Positions 1-24,666 of a stretch of DNA of 64,000 nucleotides are shown here, piece by piece. Origin of the DNA: the human T2T-CHM13v2.0 reference genome, Homo sapiens; assembly GCF_009914755.1 (NCBI RefSeq), contig NC_060926.1. One strand, 5' to 3'. A model generated the notes under the pieces. The model saw nothing but the letters and a program-made list of their open reading frames with translations. It ran no database searches and was not told the origin of the DNA. Numbering within the stretch: the first letter of the stretch is position 1; each line of letters opens with the position of its first letter. The position numbers and the translations under genes were made by a program.

Positions 1-62
1 GGAGGAAGAGGAAGAGGAAGAAGAGGAAGAAGAAGAAGAAGAAAAAGAAGAAGAAGAAGAGG
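1..62. repeat. (GAA/GAG)n simple repeat
   Basis: Directly visible. Confidence 0.9.
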
Positions 63-175
63 AAAAAGATTATTCTGAAATTAGGTCATTCTGTTCTCAA
101 GCTTCCTTTTCCTGTGTAGGTATGAGTGTTTATGAGTCTAATACATTGTTTACCCCAAAATCAAGTGTCAAATAA

Positions 176-403
<228 letters not shown>

Positions 404-404
404 C

Positions 405-1236
405 CCAAAGTTGATGAGTCGACCTGCTCCACGCGTAATTTCAAGGTGGTCACGTTGGGGTCACCCCTTGCAGCTTGTAGCTGCTGTGAACGCCAGAGAA
501 TGAAGTACTCAGACAATTCCAGCTGAGTGGGGCAGGCGGCAACTCCTCTGAGAGAGTGCCGCCCCAAAATCCATCCGCCAAGTATTTATTAGAAGGCTTG
601 TTAAACCACAAACATCCACCAGATGGGTTTTTGCCGTGGGGTCATGAGGCACATACGGCCTTGTAAAAGCACTCAGACCACATTCCTAGGAGGCTGTTTT
701 CAGCGCTCCTTATCACACATTCCACTCCTTGTCCTGTTTTCAGTGTCAAGGAGTTACATTCTCACGCACAAACAACGTACACACAGTGCCTCAGTATTTT
801 TCCATGCCTCGAGCTCAAATGCCTTGTACATAAGTTTGAATATATCGTCGTGCACCCCCCACATCTCCCCCTTCTTTAATTCTTAGAGCTTGCTGGTTAT
901 CCAACGCAAAATAAGCTTCTATCCTTCTTCCCTGGTCATAGATGCTTCGGGTGGCAGCACAGAGCCATTTACAGAAGCCTAGCAATCAGATACAAAAAAG
1001 AATATAGCGGCCATCACCCTAGCAATCAGATACAAAAAAGAATATAGCGGCCATCACCCAAATGCGTATGTTTAACCCAGACAACCAAGTATTCGGGTTC
1101 AGTCATTGAAAGCCTTCTTGTAATTGCTGAACGGTATTTGTTTGTAATTGCTGCGAGACCATTCTTCAAGTTGTTTCTTCAACTAGACCTCAAATGCTTT
1201 GTACATAAGCTTGAATATATTGCCGCGCACCCCACC
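405..1236 (-). mobile_element. ERV remnant: LTR stub, env 3' end, PPT, full LTR (863..469), tRNA-Trp-like PBS and leader
   Basis: On the minus strand, PPT AAAGAAGGGGGAGA runs directly into TGT at 863. AATAAA at 590..585; the LTR ends TGCA at 469; GGGTGACCCCAACGTGAC at 466..449. The first ~45 nt of the LTR recur at 1236..1188. Env-like translation LQEGFQ*LNPNTWLSG...LRIKEGGDV. Family not assigned. Confidence 0.72.
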
Positions 1237-1239
1237 CGC

Positions 1240-3560
<2,321 letters not shown>

Positions 3561-4490
3561 AGCTTCCTTGTACTCCTGGGAACGCCTGTCCAGGATGAGG
3601 TCTCCCCAGGGCGTCTGGGCTTCTGGTTGGCCTCGCTCACTTCCCCCAGTTCCTGATCCAGGGAGAGCAACGGAGAGCCCTGCCAGAAGAAGGCTTGGGG
3701 CTGCGAGTGCGGCCCCCATGGTACCAATGCACAGTTGACCCAGAGCACAGCAATCGCGGCCAATAGGAGGTGACTTGGGTTTAGCCTGTGACCACACAGT
3801 CCTGGTCACCCTGCACAGACTGCCAATAAAGAGGGGTCCGAGGCCCAGCTCCTTGGCTCCCCTGCAGTGTCTCCAAAAGGGAAGCTGAGGCTGTGGGTGA
3901 GTGGGTGATGCCAGTGGTCCAGGCCCAGTTCCACCTTGCACAAAGGCCTTCTTAACCTTTCATCGAAAAATATTTCTGCAAGGACATCTGCCCAGCAACC
4001 ACCCGTCCATCCTCAGACTGGTGCCACGCATATCCTTGATCCTTGTAGCCAAGGATAAATATCTCAAAACAATCCTGTGATCCTCCTCCATTTTCCTTTA
4101 AAAACCTTTGTCTTCCTTCACCTCCCTAAATTCACACGTGCTTTCCTATGGCCTGCTTATTCCCAAGCAATACCTATTTCCAAAGAAAGTTCATTTTATT
4201 TTAGAGTCTTTCTGTATTTGTTATGCAGTGTCACATAGCGGAGCCAGAAGTGGGACCGAAGTGAATTCATCTTGGATGAATCAGCGTGTCCTGGAATCTA
4301 ACGCAGTGTTGACTGAGCCCCCCGCAGACTGCCTTTCCAGGAGTTGCTTTTCTGTTCTGGTGAATCTCCTCAAATACCCAGATTCCCTCCCTTTGGTCAG
4401 TTCCTTTTTACTTTATCCTGGATGTGATTTGATTATAAGGCTCCCTTAAACAAAGGACCTTGCATCCCTCCTGAGGGTATAAAGGTTGGG

Positions 4491-4492
4491 TT

Positions 4493-4555
<63 letters not shown>
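4491..4555. repeat. (TTTC)n microsatellite
   Basis: About 16 perfect units. Confidence 0.95.
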
Positions 4556-4556
<1 letters not shown>

Positions 4557-4917
4557 TTTTTTGCTTCTTTGCTTTTGGCAAGCACTTTCTGGTGTAAAGA
4601 GCAGTGCCCTTCTGGTTTGAGGACTCTGAGTTCTAAAGAATTTATGTTCTGTCCATGAGGCAAGTCTTTCCTGGTGAATTCACTTTTGGTTCTGGATGCC
4701 TGACTGAATATTATGTTTGATGTGTACACCTTGGTTGAAATTTTGTGAGCATTCTGATTTGGGTTTGATTTTGGTTTGGTTTCCCACGTCTTTAAATGAT
4801 TTGGCTCATTTTTTTTTCTTGCTTGTTCCTGAACATCTTCTGATCATCCCACAGCAAAAATAAACATAAATAGTTTAGCACCATAGGAAATGTTAAAACA
4901 CACGTACACACGGTGAG

Positions 4918-13106
<8,189 letters not shown>

Positions 13107-13824
13107 TTAACGACATGAAGTTAAGTAACCAGTGAAAATCTGTGCTTTAAACAGAAAGCTTAAACAGTGCTTAAATCAGTGTTTAAAACAGAGAGCTATG
13201 ACCTAAAGAATAATTACAGAATTGAACACTGAAGAAACCACCACCCGGATCAAGAAATGGACTATGACCAGGATCTCCCCACCCCACCCCATACCTTCCC
13301 TGTTCATAATTCCCATTCCTTTGTCACCAAAGGAAACTGAGTTGTTGGGTTTGTTTGTTGGTTTTTGTTTGTTTATTTACAGACAGAGTCTTGTTCTCCC
13401 ACCCAGGCTGGAGTGCGGTGGCAGCATTGTAATTCACCGCAGCCTCACACTCTGGCTCAAGTGAGCCTCCCAACTCAGCCTCGCAAGTAGCTGGGAGTAC
13501 AGGCATGTGCCACCACACAAAGCTAATGTTTAAATTTTTTCTAGAGATAGAATCTCCCTATGTTGATCAGGCTGGTTGCAAACCCCTGGGCTCAAGCAAT
13601 CTTTCTTACCTTGGCCTCCCAAAGTGCTGAGCTTACAGGTATGAGTCACTGCACCTGGTCTCCCTGAATTTTTTGATACTCATTTCCTCTTCATAGTTTT
13701 ATCCCTCATATAGTTTAGTTTTGCCTAATTTCAACTTTATATACATAAAAGATATGTTGGATCCTATGTATTCTTTTGTGATTTGCATCTTTTGTCCAGC
13801 TTTATGTCTGTGAGATTCATTTAA

Positions 13825-14178
<354 letters not shown>

Positions 14179-15632
14179 TGAGCCACCGTGCCCTGCGACA
14201 TTTTATCTTTTCTGTTGTCAATCAACATTTGGGGCTGTTTCCATGTCTGGCTATTTAAACAATGCCACTTTGTACACGTTTGGTGCTTTCCTCCTGGACA
14301 TGTGCCAAGTTTCTCCAGGACACCTACCCAGGACAGAATTGCTGTCTCGTGGGATGTGCACAGCTCAACATTCAGAACGCTGCTCCTATTGGTTCCTCCA
14401 CTTCCTGCCAGCTCCCCAGGGATGGACTTTTAAATCTTGGCCAGTCTGGGATCTGGGACACCACCCCACCCAGTGTGGTCTCTTCTACATTGGTAGACAC
14501 CTTTTCACACACGTTTATTGATATTTCTTCTTTTTCTGTTTTTCTTTTTCTTCCTGAGACAGGGTATCCCTATGTCACCTGGGCTGCAATACAGTGGCTC
14601 AAACATGGCTCACTGCAGCCTCAATCTCCTGGGCTCAAGTGATTCTCCCACCTCACCCTCCAGAATAGCCAAGACGAAAGGTGTGCACCACCACACCTGA
14701 GTAATTTTTTAATTTTTTGTAAAGACAGGGTCTCTCCATGTTGCCCAGCCTGGCCTCAAAGGATCCTCCAGCCTCATCCTCCCCAAGTGCTAGGATTACA
14801 GGCCTGAGTTAGGAAACCAGGGCGAATTGTAGCGAGGATTGCTTAAGGTCATCATAAGAAGAGCATTGAAAGAAACTTCCCACTACACAGCTATCAGAAC
14901 GGCTGAAATACAAAATATGACAACACCAGATGCTGGCAAGTATGCTGAAAAAGTCACTCAGCTTGCTGGTGGACACATAATGGTACAGCCAATCTGCAAA
15001 ACGAGCTGGTAATTTCTCCAAAAACTACACATGCAACCAACATACAGCCCTGGCCATTTATCCAAGACAAATGAAAACACATGTTCACTCAAAAACCTAC
15101 CCATGAATGCTCATAGCAGCTTTATTTATAAAAGCCAAAACTGAAAGCTGCTCAAGCTTCCTTCAGCAGGTGGTTGGTTAAACACACTGTGGTGCTTCCA
15201 TCCCGTGAAATAGTGCTCAGCACTACGGAGGAGCCAGCTGCTGGCACACGCTTGGATGAAGCTCCAGGAAGTTATGTTAAGTGAAAAAAAACGCCCTTCC
15301 CAAGAGATCACACATTGTTTGTTTGCATTGATGTAACTTAGTTGAAATGACAAAATATTAGAGACACAGGATGCATAGCAGATTGCCAGGGATTAGGGAC
15401 AGGGGAAGAGGTGGAGGAAAGAGGTGACCTGGTTATAAAAGTGACCCTGTGGGGTTGGAGCTCTTCAGTATCTCAACTATGGTGCCGTTACACACAAACC
15501 TACTTGGGTGATAAAATTGTATACACACTCCCACACATATGCACACGAGTACAGGTAACACTGGGGAAATCTGAATAATAACTGGGGATTACGTCATTGA
15601 GGGAAACTAAGCAAAGTGCACAAGGCATTTGT

Positions 15633-15700
15633 CCTTCCTTCCTTCCTTCCTTCCTTCCTTCCTTCCTTCCTTCTTTCTTTCTTTCCTTCTTTCTTTTTTT
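15633..15700. repeat. (TTCC)n/(TTTC)n microsatellite
   Basis: Directly visible. Confidence 0.9.
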
Positions 15701-15967
15701 TTATTGAGACAGAGCCATGCTCTGTAGCCCAGGCTGGAGTGCAGTGGCATGATATCGGCTCACTGCAACCTCTGCCTCCCGAGTTCAAGTGATTTTCCTG
15801 CTTCAGCCTCCTGAGTAGCGGGGAATTACAGGCTTGTGCCACCACACCCGCCTAATTTTTGTATTTTTAGTAGAGACAGGGTTTCACCATGTTGGTCAGG
15901 CTGGTCTCAGACTCCTGACCTCGCAATCCACCCGCCTCGTCCCAATGTGCTAGGATTACAGGTATGA

Positions 15968-16240
<273 letters not shown>

Positions 16241-16554
16241 TGAGCTCAGGTGATCCACCCACCTCGGCCTCCCAAAGTGCTGCGGTTACAGGCTTGAGCC
16301 ACCGTGCACAGCCTGCTTGTATTATTTCTTACTATTACGTGTGAATCTACAGTTTGTCAAAAATTCCAAAAGGAAACTCGGGCCAGGCAGGGTGGCTCAG
16401 GCCTGTGATCTCAGCACTTTGGGAGGCCGAGGTGGGCAGATCACGACATCGGGAGTTTGAGACCAGCCTGGCCAACATTGTGAAACCCCGTTTCTACTAA
16501 AAATACAAAAATTAGCCAGGCATGGTGGTGCCCGCCTGTAATCCCAGCTACTCA

Positions 16555-17013
<459 letters not shown>

Positions 17014-17806
17014 TTAGCCGGGCGTGGTGGTGCACACCTGTAACCCCACCTACTCGGGAGGCTGAGGTGGGAAAATCATTTGAACCTGGGAGGCAGAGTG
17101 TGCGGAAGATGGCGCCACTGCACTCCAGCCAGGGCGAGAGAGTGAGACACCGTCTCAAAAAAAAAAAAAAAACACCGAACAAAATACAAAACAAAACAAA
17201 ACCAAACCTCAGGATGGCTGGGAAAGCTCCTGACTGGCTTTGCCTTTGGAGTGAATCAATCAATCAATTAAGGGCGTGCCTGTTAGTGAGTCTCCTCTGA
17301 CCTTTAGCCAAGAATGTTCCGAACTCAGCAAGATGAAGCAGGAGGTAGAGGGAACTAAGGGGGCAACAAGCAGGAGACAGGAAGGGCCCATGAGGGTGAC
17401 ATCTTCCCTGAGAGGTCCAGGACAACCAGCAGGAAGTCAGGCGGGTGCAGGCAGGAGGACCCAGGAAAGCTCGGCCTGAGGGAGGCCCTAGGTGTGGTGG
17501 GGAGTGGGGTAGGGCAGGCAGAGGCTGGGCAGCAGGTGAGGTCCCCTGGATTCTGGGGGCCAAGCCTGGGGCTTGAGGTAAACAGGCCTGAGTGGAGAAG
17601 GGGCTGCTGTGGTTGGGCTGGGGTGGGTGGAGCTGGAGGAGCCTTTTCTTCTTGGACCAAATTTTGAATTGTGCTACATAACATGGTACATCAGAGTTAC
17701 CTCCTTCACCATTTTCAAGTGTTCAGTACACACACATTGTTGTGCAGCTGATTTCCAGAACGTTCTCATCCTGCAACCCTGAAGTTCTGTCCCTATTAAA
17801 CTCCAA

Positions 17807-17841
17807 CTCTAACCCTAACCCGAACCCTACCCTAACCCTAA
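17807..17841. repeat. Short interstitial telomere-like (CCCTAA)n array
   Basis: ctctaa ccctaa cccgaa cccta ccctaa ccctaa. Confidence 0.75.
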
Positions 17842-18194
17842 TCCATTGCCCCCTCCCCCAGTCCCAGGTAACCTCCATTCCACTTCTGTCTCTATGAATT
17901 TGACTCCTCTAGGGACCTCAGAGAAGTGTGTTCATATGCATTTGCCCTTTTTGTTATTGTTTTTAAGAATCTTATTTTACAGGAGACGGTATTTGTCCTT
18001 TTGTGACTTTCATATTTCACTAGGTGTAATGTCCTAACCGTCCATTCACGTTGTAACAGAGTCTTCTCCAGGGCCTCCTTCAAGGCTGCATGATATTTCG
18101 TTGGGTGGATGACCCCATTTGGTTTCTTCTACCTTTTGGGTATATATATATATGCACATATATAACCCAGGCTGGCCTGGAACTCATGAGCTCA

Positions 18195-18660
<466 letters not shown>

Positions 18661-19858
18661 TTATAATGATAACTTCTACAGTGTAAAAAATAAAAAAGTA
18701 AAAAGAGTTAAAAAATAAAAATAAATAAATAAAATTATCAATGAACCCTAATCAGAATAAATATAAAGTTGAAAAACACACTAAACAAATCACTATATTA
18801 TTCAGGAAAACATGCATATGTGGTAAAAAGCAATCAACAGCAAAGTCAAGATTAACCAAAATACAGGATAGTCATTACCTCTGGGGAGAAAGGTGGGAGA
18901 CTCAAAGGCTTTAAATCTTTTTCTCAAAAAGATTTATCCCTACAGAGTAAATAAGGGTTTATTTTTGTTATTCATCTTTAAATGGAACAGATGGAAAACA
19001 TTTTTTTGCATGACCACAACAAATGGAAAATATATTAATGAAGTTCAGTCACTCTTCTGTTTTACTCATAATAACAGAAGCCAGAAACCTGGGAGTTACC
19101 TTTGACCACTCCCTCACCAACCAAGTCCAATTAATTTTCACTTCTAATCACACCTATAATACCAGCACTTCGAGTGGCGGAGGCGGGCAGATCACTTGAG
19201 ACCAGGAGTTTGAGACCAGCCTGGCCTTGATGGTGAAACCCCATCTCTACTAAAAATACAAAAATTAGCCGGGCATAGTGGCTCATGCCTGTAATCCCAG
19301 CTACTCAAGAGGCTCAGGCAGAACTGCTTGAATCCCGGAAGCGGAAGTTGCTGTGAGCCGGGATCACACCATTGCACTCCAGCCAGGGTAACAGACCAAG
19401 ACTCAGTCTCAAAAAAAAAAAAAAAAAAGATCACTTTCTATTCTTCCCCACCCACAACACCAAACCCTGGCCCCAGCCACTTTGATTCTCACCAGGAACC
19501 CAAATCCCTCCCTCTTCCTTAACACCCCCGCTCTAATCCAATCTCCACACAGCAGCCAAAGCCAACACTTTAAACATGATTAACTCTGTCTGTCTTCAAC
19601 TTGAATCTCCCTCACTACCCTCCTTTTCTATCAGAAGCAACAGAGAGACAAGTAAATTGCCCAAGGCCACACAGCAGGACATGGCAGAGACAGGATTCAG
19701 AATCTACTAGTTTTGACAGTCCACATGTCTCACCCACCCACTATCCCATTTTGGGTGATCCCAGAAAAGGGTCAGCCACTGCCCTAACACAGGGTAATCT
19801 CAGACAAGGACAGAGGATTTCTCCTCCAATCACCACTTCCCTTCCTTTATCAGCCTAA

Positions 19859-20204
<346 letters not shown>

Positions 20205-21499
20205 TTCAAACCACATTTTCTAGGAAAGGCCTTCCTAGGCCCCTTGTCCTATTCCAGCAACTCCCCACAATTTGATGGCCAGCACTTTGTACATCTCTAA
20301 AAACATTCCTCTTCCACTAGATTGTGCCCTCCACAAGGGCAGAGGTCTGTTTTGCCCACGATTGTGGCACATGTCACACACCCTTGAGCACTCTGGTTCC
20401 TCTCCAAATCCATTTCTCCTGAATGTGGGCCCAGATTGGTGGCTCAAGTCTGGAACCCTAGCAGTGTTGAAGGATCGCCTGAGCCCAGGAGTGCAAGACC
20501 AGCACGGGTAACAGAAAGAGATCCTGACTCTACACAAATTTTTGAAAATTAGCTTCACATAATGGAAGATACACGGGAGGCTGATGTGGGAGGATCGCTT
20601 GAGCCTAGGAGGTGTGGCGTGAATGCACCACTGCACTCCAACTTGGGTGACAGAGCCAGCCCCTGTCTCAAAAAAATAAATAAATAATAATAATAAAACA
20701 GAAAGAAAAAAATGATGGCAAGGTATCTGAACTGCAGAAATACTTTTTAACTCAGCCTGAGGCTATCAAAACATCTGATCCCCATGTGAAAGGCTACAGT
20801 TCTGGGCATGCTCAGGGCCCACCGAAAACAGAGTCCGCCCAGGCACCCTCTGCCTGTGCAAGGGAACAGGTGTCACAATCAAGTGCACAAGCTGCTCTGG
20901 AAGACCCAGCCCAGGCCTGTCTGGCCGAGGGCACTGGACTCTCCCCCACTGCGTCGTCCAAACATTAGTGCGAGTGCACCCACACAAACACATACACAAT
21001 CACACACAACATGTAAGCAATGGGCAGGACTGGCCCGGCCCCACTCAGTGTTGTCACCATTGGCCCCACAGATGCCCACAGCCCTGGAGCTCTGGGCCTA
21101 GATTCCTGCCAGCCCCACCTGTCCAGGCCAAGGCCAGATGTTGGAGCAAGGGGGTGCCAGAGCGGCAAAGCCCCCCATGTGCCCCTTTCCCACCGGGCCC
21201 AGGCTCCTGGCATCAGAAAGCTGAACCCAGTATCTGGCCCGGGCTGTGTGCTTCCAGCCTCCCCTCCTCTCGACACCAGAACAGAGCCTGGCCCCCAGCT
21301 CCCAGGAAATACAGAAAAAAAAAATGGTGGATGAACGAGTGACAGGGTGTCTTGTTCCACACAAGACACAGTGAGCAGGGGTTGGGGGAGGGGCCCCTGG
21401 CGGCAGGATGCACACTGCACTATACCCAAAATCCCACCCTTCCCTGGGGGACACCTGGTCCCACCCTAAGCTGCCTTTCTCAGGACCCCAGCCCCAGCC

Positions 21500-21690
21500 C
21501 AGCCCAGCCACACCCTGCCACTCCCTTCAGCCAGTGTGGCTTCAGGTCAAGAGGCTGGGCGGGGTCAAGGTGGTAACAAGGGGAGGGGCCAGGACACAGT
21601 TTTCCCTGATTTAAACCCAGGCAGCCTGGAGTGCAGCTCATACTCCATACCTGGGATTTCCGCCTCGCCGCTCTCCGACTGCTTCCAGAC
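21500..21690 (+). promoter_or_regulatory. ALPG proximal promoter and 5' UTR
   Basis: TATA-like ATTTAAA at 21609-21615 about 80 bp before the ATG; GC box GGGCGGGG at 21557-21564; KLF-type CCACACCC at 21508-21515; nuclear-receptor half sites AGGTCA (21544) and GGGTCA (21562). Confidence 0.7.
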
Positions 21691-24666
21691 ATGCAGGGGC
21701 CCTGGGTGCTGCTCCTGCTGGGCCTGAGGCTACAGCTCTCCCTGGGCATCATCCCAGGTAATGAGGCTCCCCCAGCTGCCCCTACACACACACACACACA
21801 GGGCACCCCCCAGCCCAGGCTGACCTGATCTTTGCTCTCCCCCTGGCCAGTTGAGGAGGAGAACCCGGACTTCTGGAACCGCCAGGCAGCCGAGGCCCTG
21901 GGTGCCGCCAAGAAGCTGCAGCCTGCACAGACAGCCGCCAAGAACCTCATCATCTTCCTGGGTGACGGTGAGTGAGCCAGGCCTTCCAGCCCCGCAGCCC
22001 TCACAGCCCCGGCGCCCGGACCCTCAGTGGTTCCAGGACAGCCCTGGGGAGCAAGCCTCACACACTTCTGCTCCTTCAGGGATGGGGGTGTCTACGGTGA
22101 CAGCTGCCAGGATCCTAAAAGGGCAGAAGAAGGACAAACTGGGGCCTGAGACCTTCCTGGCCATGGACCGCTTCCCGTACGTGGCTCTGTCCAAGGTAAG
22201 TGCTGGGCTACCTTAGAGTCCTCCAAGCAGAGAAGGGGAATCCTGACTATGGAGTGTGGTAGGAGGGAGGGACCCTAAACAGCTGGGGCTCCAATAAGGA
22301 GCTGGAGGCAGTTGGAATCCCAGAGGACAGAGATCAGGGTCTTGTTTGTCTGCCCCAGAGAAGAGCTCAGAGTGTCTCTGTCCCCAGACATACAGTGTAG
22401 ACAAGCATGTGCCAGACAGTGGAGCCACAGCCACGGCCTACCTGTGCGGGGTCAAGGGCAACTTCCAGACCATTGGCTTGAGTGCAGCCGCCCGCTTTAA
22501 CCAGTGCAACACGACACGCGGCAACGAGGTCATCTCCGTGATGAATCGGGCCAAGAAAGCAGGTGAGCTGGGGCCCGCTGTGGGGTCAGGGCCAGGTGAC
22601 AGACCTCTATCGCATATCCTGACCTCTATCACCCTCAGGAAAGTCAGTGGGAGTGGTAACCACCACACGGGTGCAGCATGCCTCGCCAGCCGGCGCCTAC
22701 GCCCACACGGTGAACCGCAACTGGTACTCGGATGCCGACGTGCCTGCCTCGGCCCGCCAGGAGGGGTGCCAGGACATCGCCACGCAGCTCATCTCCAACA
22801 TGGACATTGATGTGCGACCCCCGGGCCAAGGGCTGGGGCTGGGCAGAGAGTAGCAGGGAGGGGGCACCAGCTCAGACCCAGGCAACCAAAAGCCTTATCT
22901 GGGCCAGCAGGGTCTGGAGGTGGGGTTGGGGGCGTAGAAGGCGCAGCCCAGGCTGGGCCATTCCCACAGCCTTGGGGAGGGGAGTCAGGGGCTGTGCATG
23001 AGGAGGGGGCACGGGGCCAGCCAGGCCCCCAAATCCACCTGCCCCATCCTCTGTTCCCAGGTGATCCTAGGTGGAGGCCGAAAGTACATGTTTCCCATGG
23101 GGACCCCAGACCCTGAGTACCCAGATGACTACAGCCAAGGTGGGACCAGGCTGGACGGGAAGAATCTGGTGCAGGAATGGCTGGCGAAGCGCCAGGTGAT
23201 GGGGGCTGGCGGGTGCAGGGGGCACAGCAGGGGGAGGGCAGAGGTGTGGGGCTCGGGGCTGTGGGCTGAGGCCTGGCTCTCTCCCTCCCCACAGGGTGCC
23301 CGGTACGTGTGGAACCGCACTGAGCTCATGCAGGCTTCCCTGGACCCGTCTGTGACCCATCTCATGGGTAATGATCCCCTTCCTGCCCTGGCATCCCTCA
23401 GATGGCCTCAGATGGCACCTTCTGAGCCTGTGTGCACATCCGCCAGCACCCGCCCACCCCCAGCCTGCCAGTCACCACAGGACCCCTTGTCCCACAGGTC
23501 TCTTTGAGCCTGGAGACATGAAATACGAGATCCACCGAGACTCCACACTGGACCCCTCCCTGATGGAGATGACAGAGGCTGCCCTGCGCCTGCTGAGCAG
23601 GAACCCCCGCGGCTTCTTCCTCTTCGTGGAGGGTGCGTGGTGGCCCCTGGGGAGTGGGGGTTGGGGGTTGGAGCAGGGCAGGCTCAGCATCTCCCCCCTC
23701 TGGCCTTCCTGCAGGTGGTCGCATCGACCATGGTCATCATGAAAGCAGGGCTTACCGGGCACTGACTGAGACGATCATGTTCGACGACGCCATTGAGAGG
23801 GCGGGCCAGCTCACCAGCGAGGAGGACACGCTGAGCCTCGTCACTGCCGACCACTCCCACGTCTTCTCCTTCGGAGGCTACCCCCTGCGAGGGAGCTCCA
23901 TCTTCGGTAGGCCTGGGGAGAGTGGCAGGTGCTGCTGCAGCAATTAAGTGGGTGAAATCTGAGCCTCAGTCTCCTCCTCTGTCAAATGGGAGTAATGCTG
24001 GCACCAGCCCTGTAGAGTCTCCTGCGGACTAAGCCCCTGACCAGGCAAAACGTGGCGGTGCCTAGCACGTGGGAGACACTCCACAGCTGTGTTCAGCTCA
24101 ACCACAGGGACCCCTCTCTCTGCAGGGCTGGCCCCTGGCAAGGCCCGGGACAGGAAGGCCTACACGGTCCTCCTATACGGAAACGGTCCAGGCTATGTGC
24201 TCAAGGACGGCGCCCGGCCGGATGTTACCGAGAGCGAGAGCGGTGAGTGCCGCGGGGTGGCCCCCTGAGGGGGACCAGGGTGCCAAGGATGGGGGGCTGG
24301 CGGGAAGGGGTCACCTCTTGTCTGCCTGGAACTGAAACTTCCTACTGAAACTGAACCCTCCAACCAGGGAGCCCCGAGTATCGGCAGCAGTCAGCAGTGC
24401 CCCTGGACGGAGAGACCCACGCAGGCGAGGACGTGGCGGTGTTCGCGCGCGGCCCGCAGGCGCACCTGGTTCACGGCGTGCAGGAGCAGACCTTCATAGC
24501 GCACGTCATGGCCTTCGCCGCCTGCCTGGAGCCCTACACCGCCTGCGACCTGGCGCCCCGCGCCGGCACCACCGACGCCGCGCACCCGGGGCCGTCCGTG
24601 GTCCCCGCGTTGCTTCCTCTGCTGGCAGGGACCTTGCTGCTGCTGGGGACGGCCACTGCTCCCTGA
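21691..24666 (+). CDS. ALPG: Germ-cell (placental-like) alkaline phosphatase, GPI-anchored; 11 coding exons, 532 aa
   Basis: Exons join(21691..21757,21851..21967,22080..22195,22388..22562,22639..22811,23061..23195,23295..23367,23498..23632,23715..23906,24126..24242,24368..24666) total 1599 nt with all introns GT-AG and no stops. Signal peptide [19 protein letters not shown]; catalytic Ser111 in VPDSGAT (22418-22420); metal-ligand motifs [28 protein letters not shown]; GPI signal after GTTD (24574). GCAP-type residues Q34, T86/F87, S103 and G448 (mature Gly429) separate it from ALPP and ALPI. Confidence 0.97.
23945..24083 (+). mobile_element. MIR in ALPG intron 9
   Basis: MIR core TCTGAGCCTCAGTCTCCTCCTCTGTCAAATGGGAGTAAT...GTGCCTAGCACGT. 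Confidence 0.7.

Noticed and set aside
21691-24666. Calling the gene ALPP or ALPI
   Set aside because: The [10 protein letters not shown] leader, Q34/T86/F87/S103/G448 and the C-terminus GTATAP are ALPG-type.
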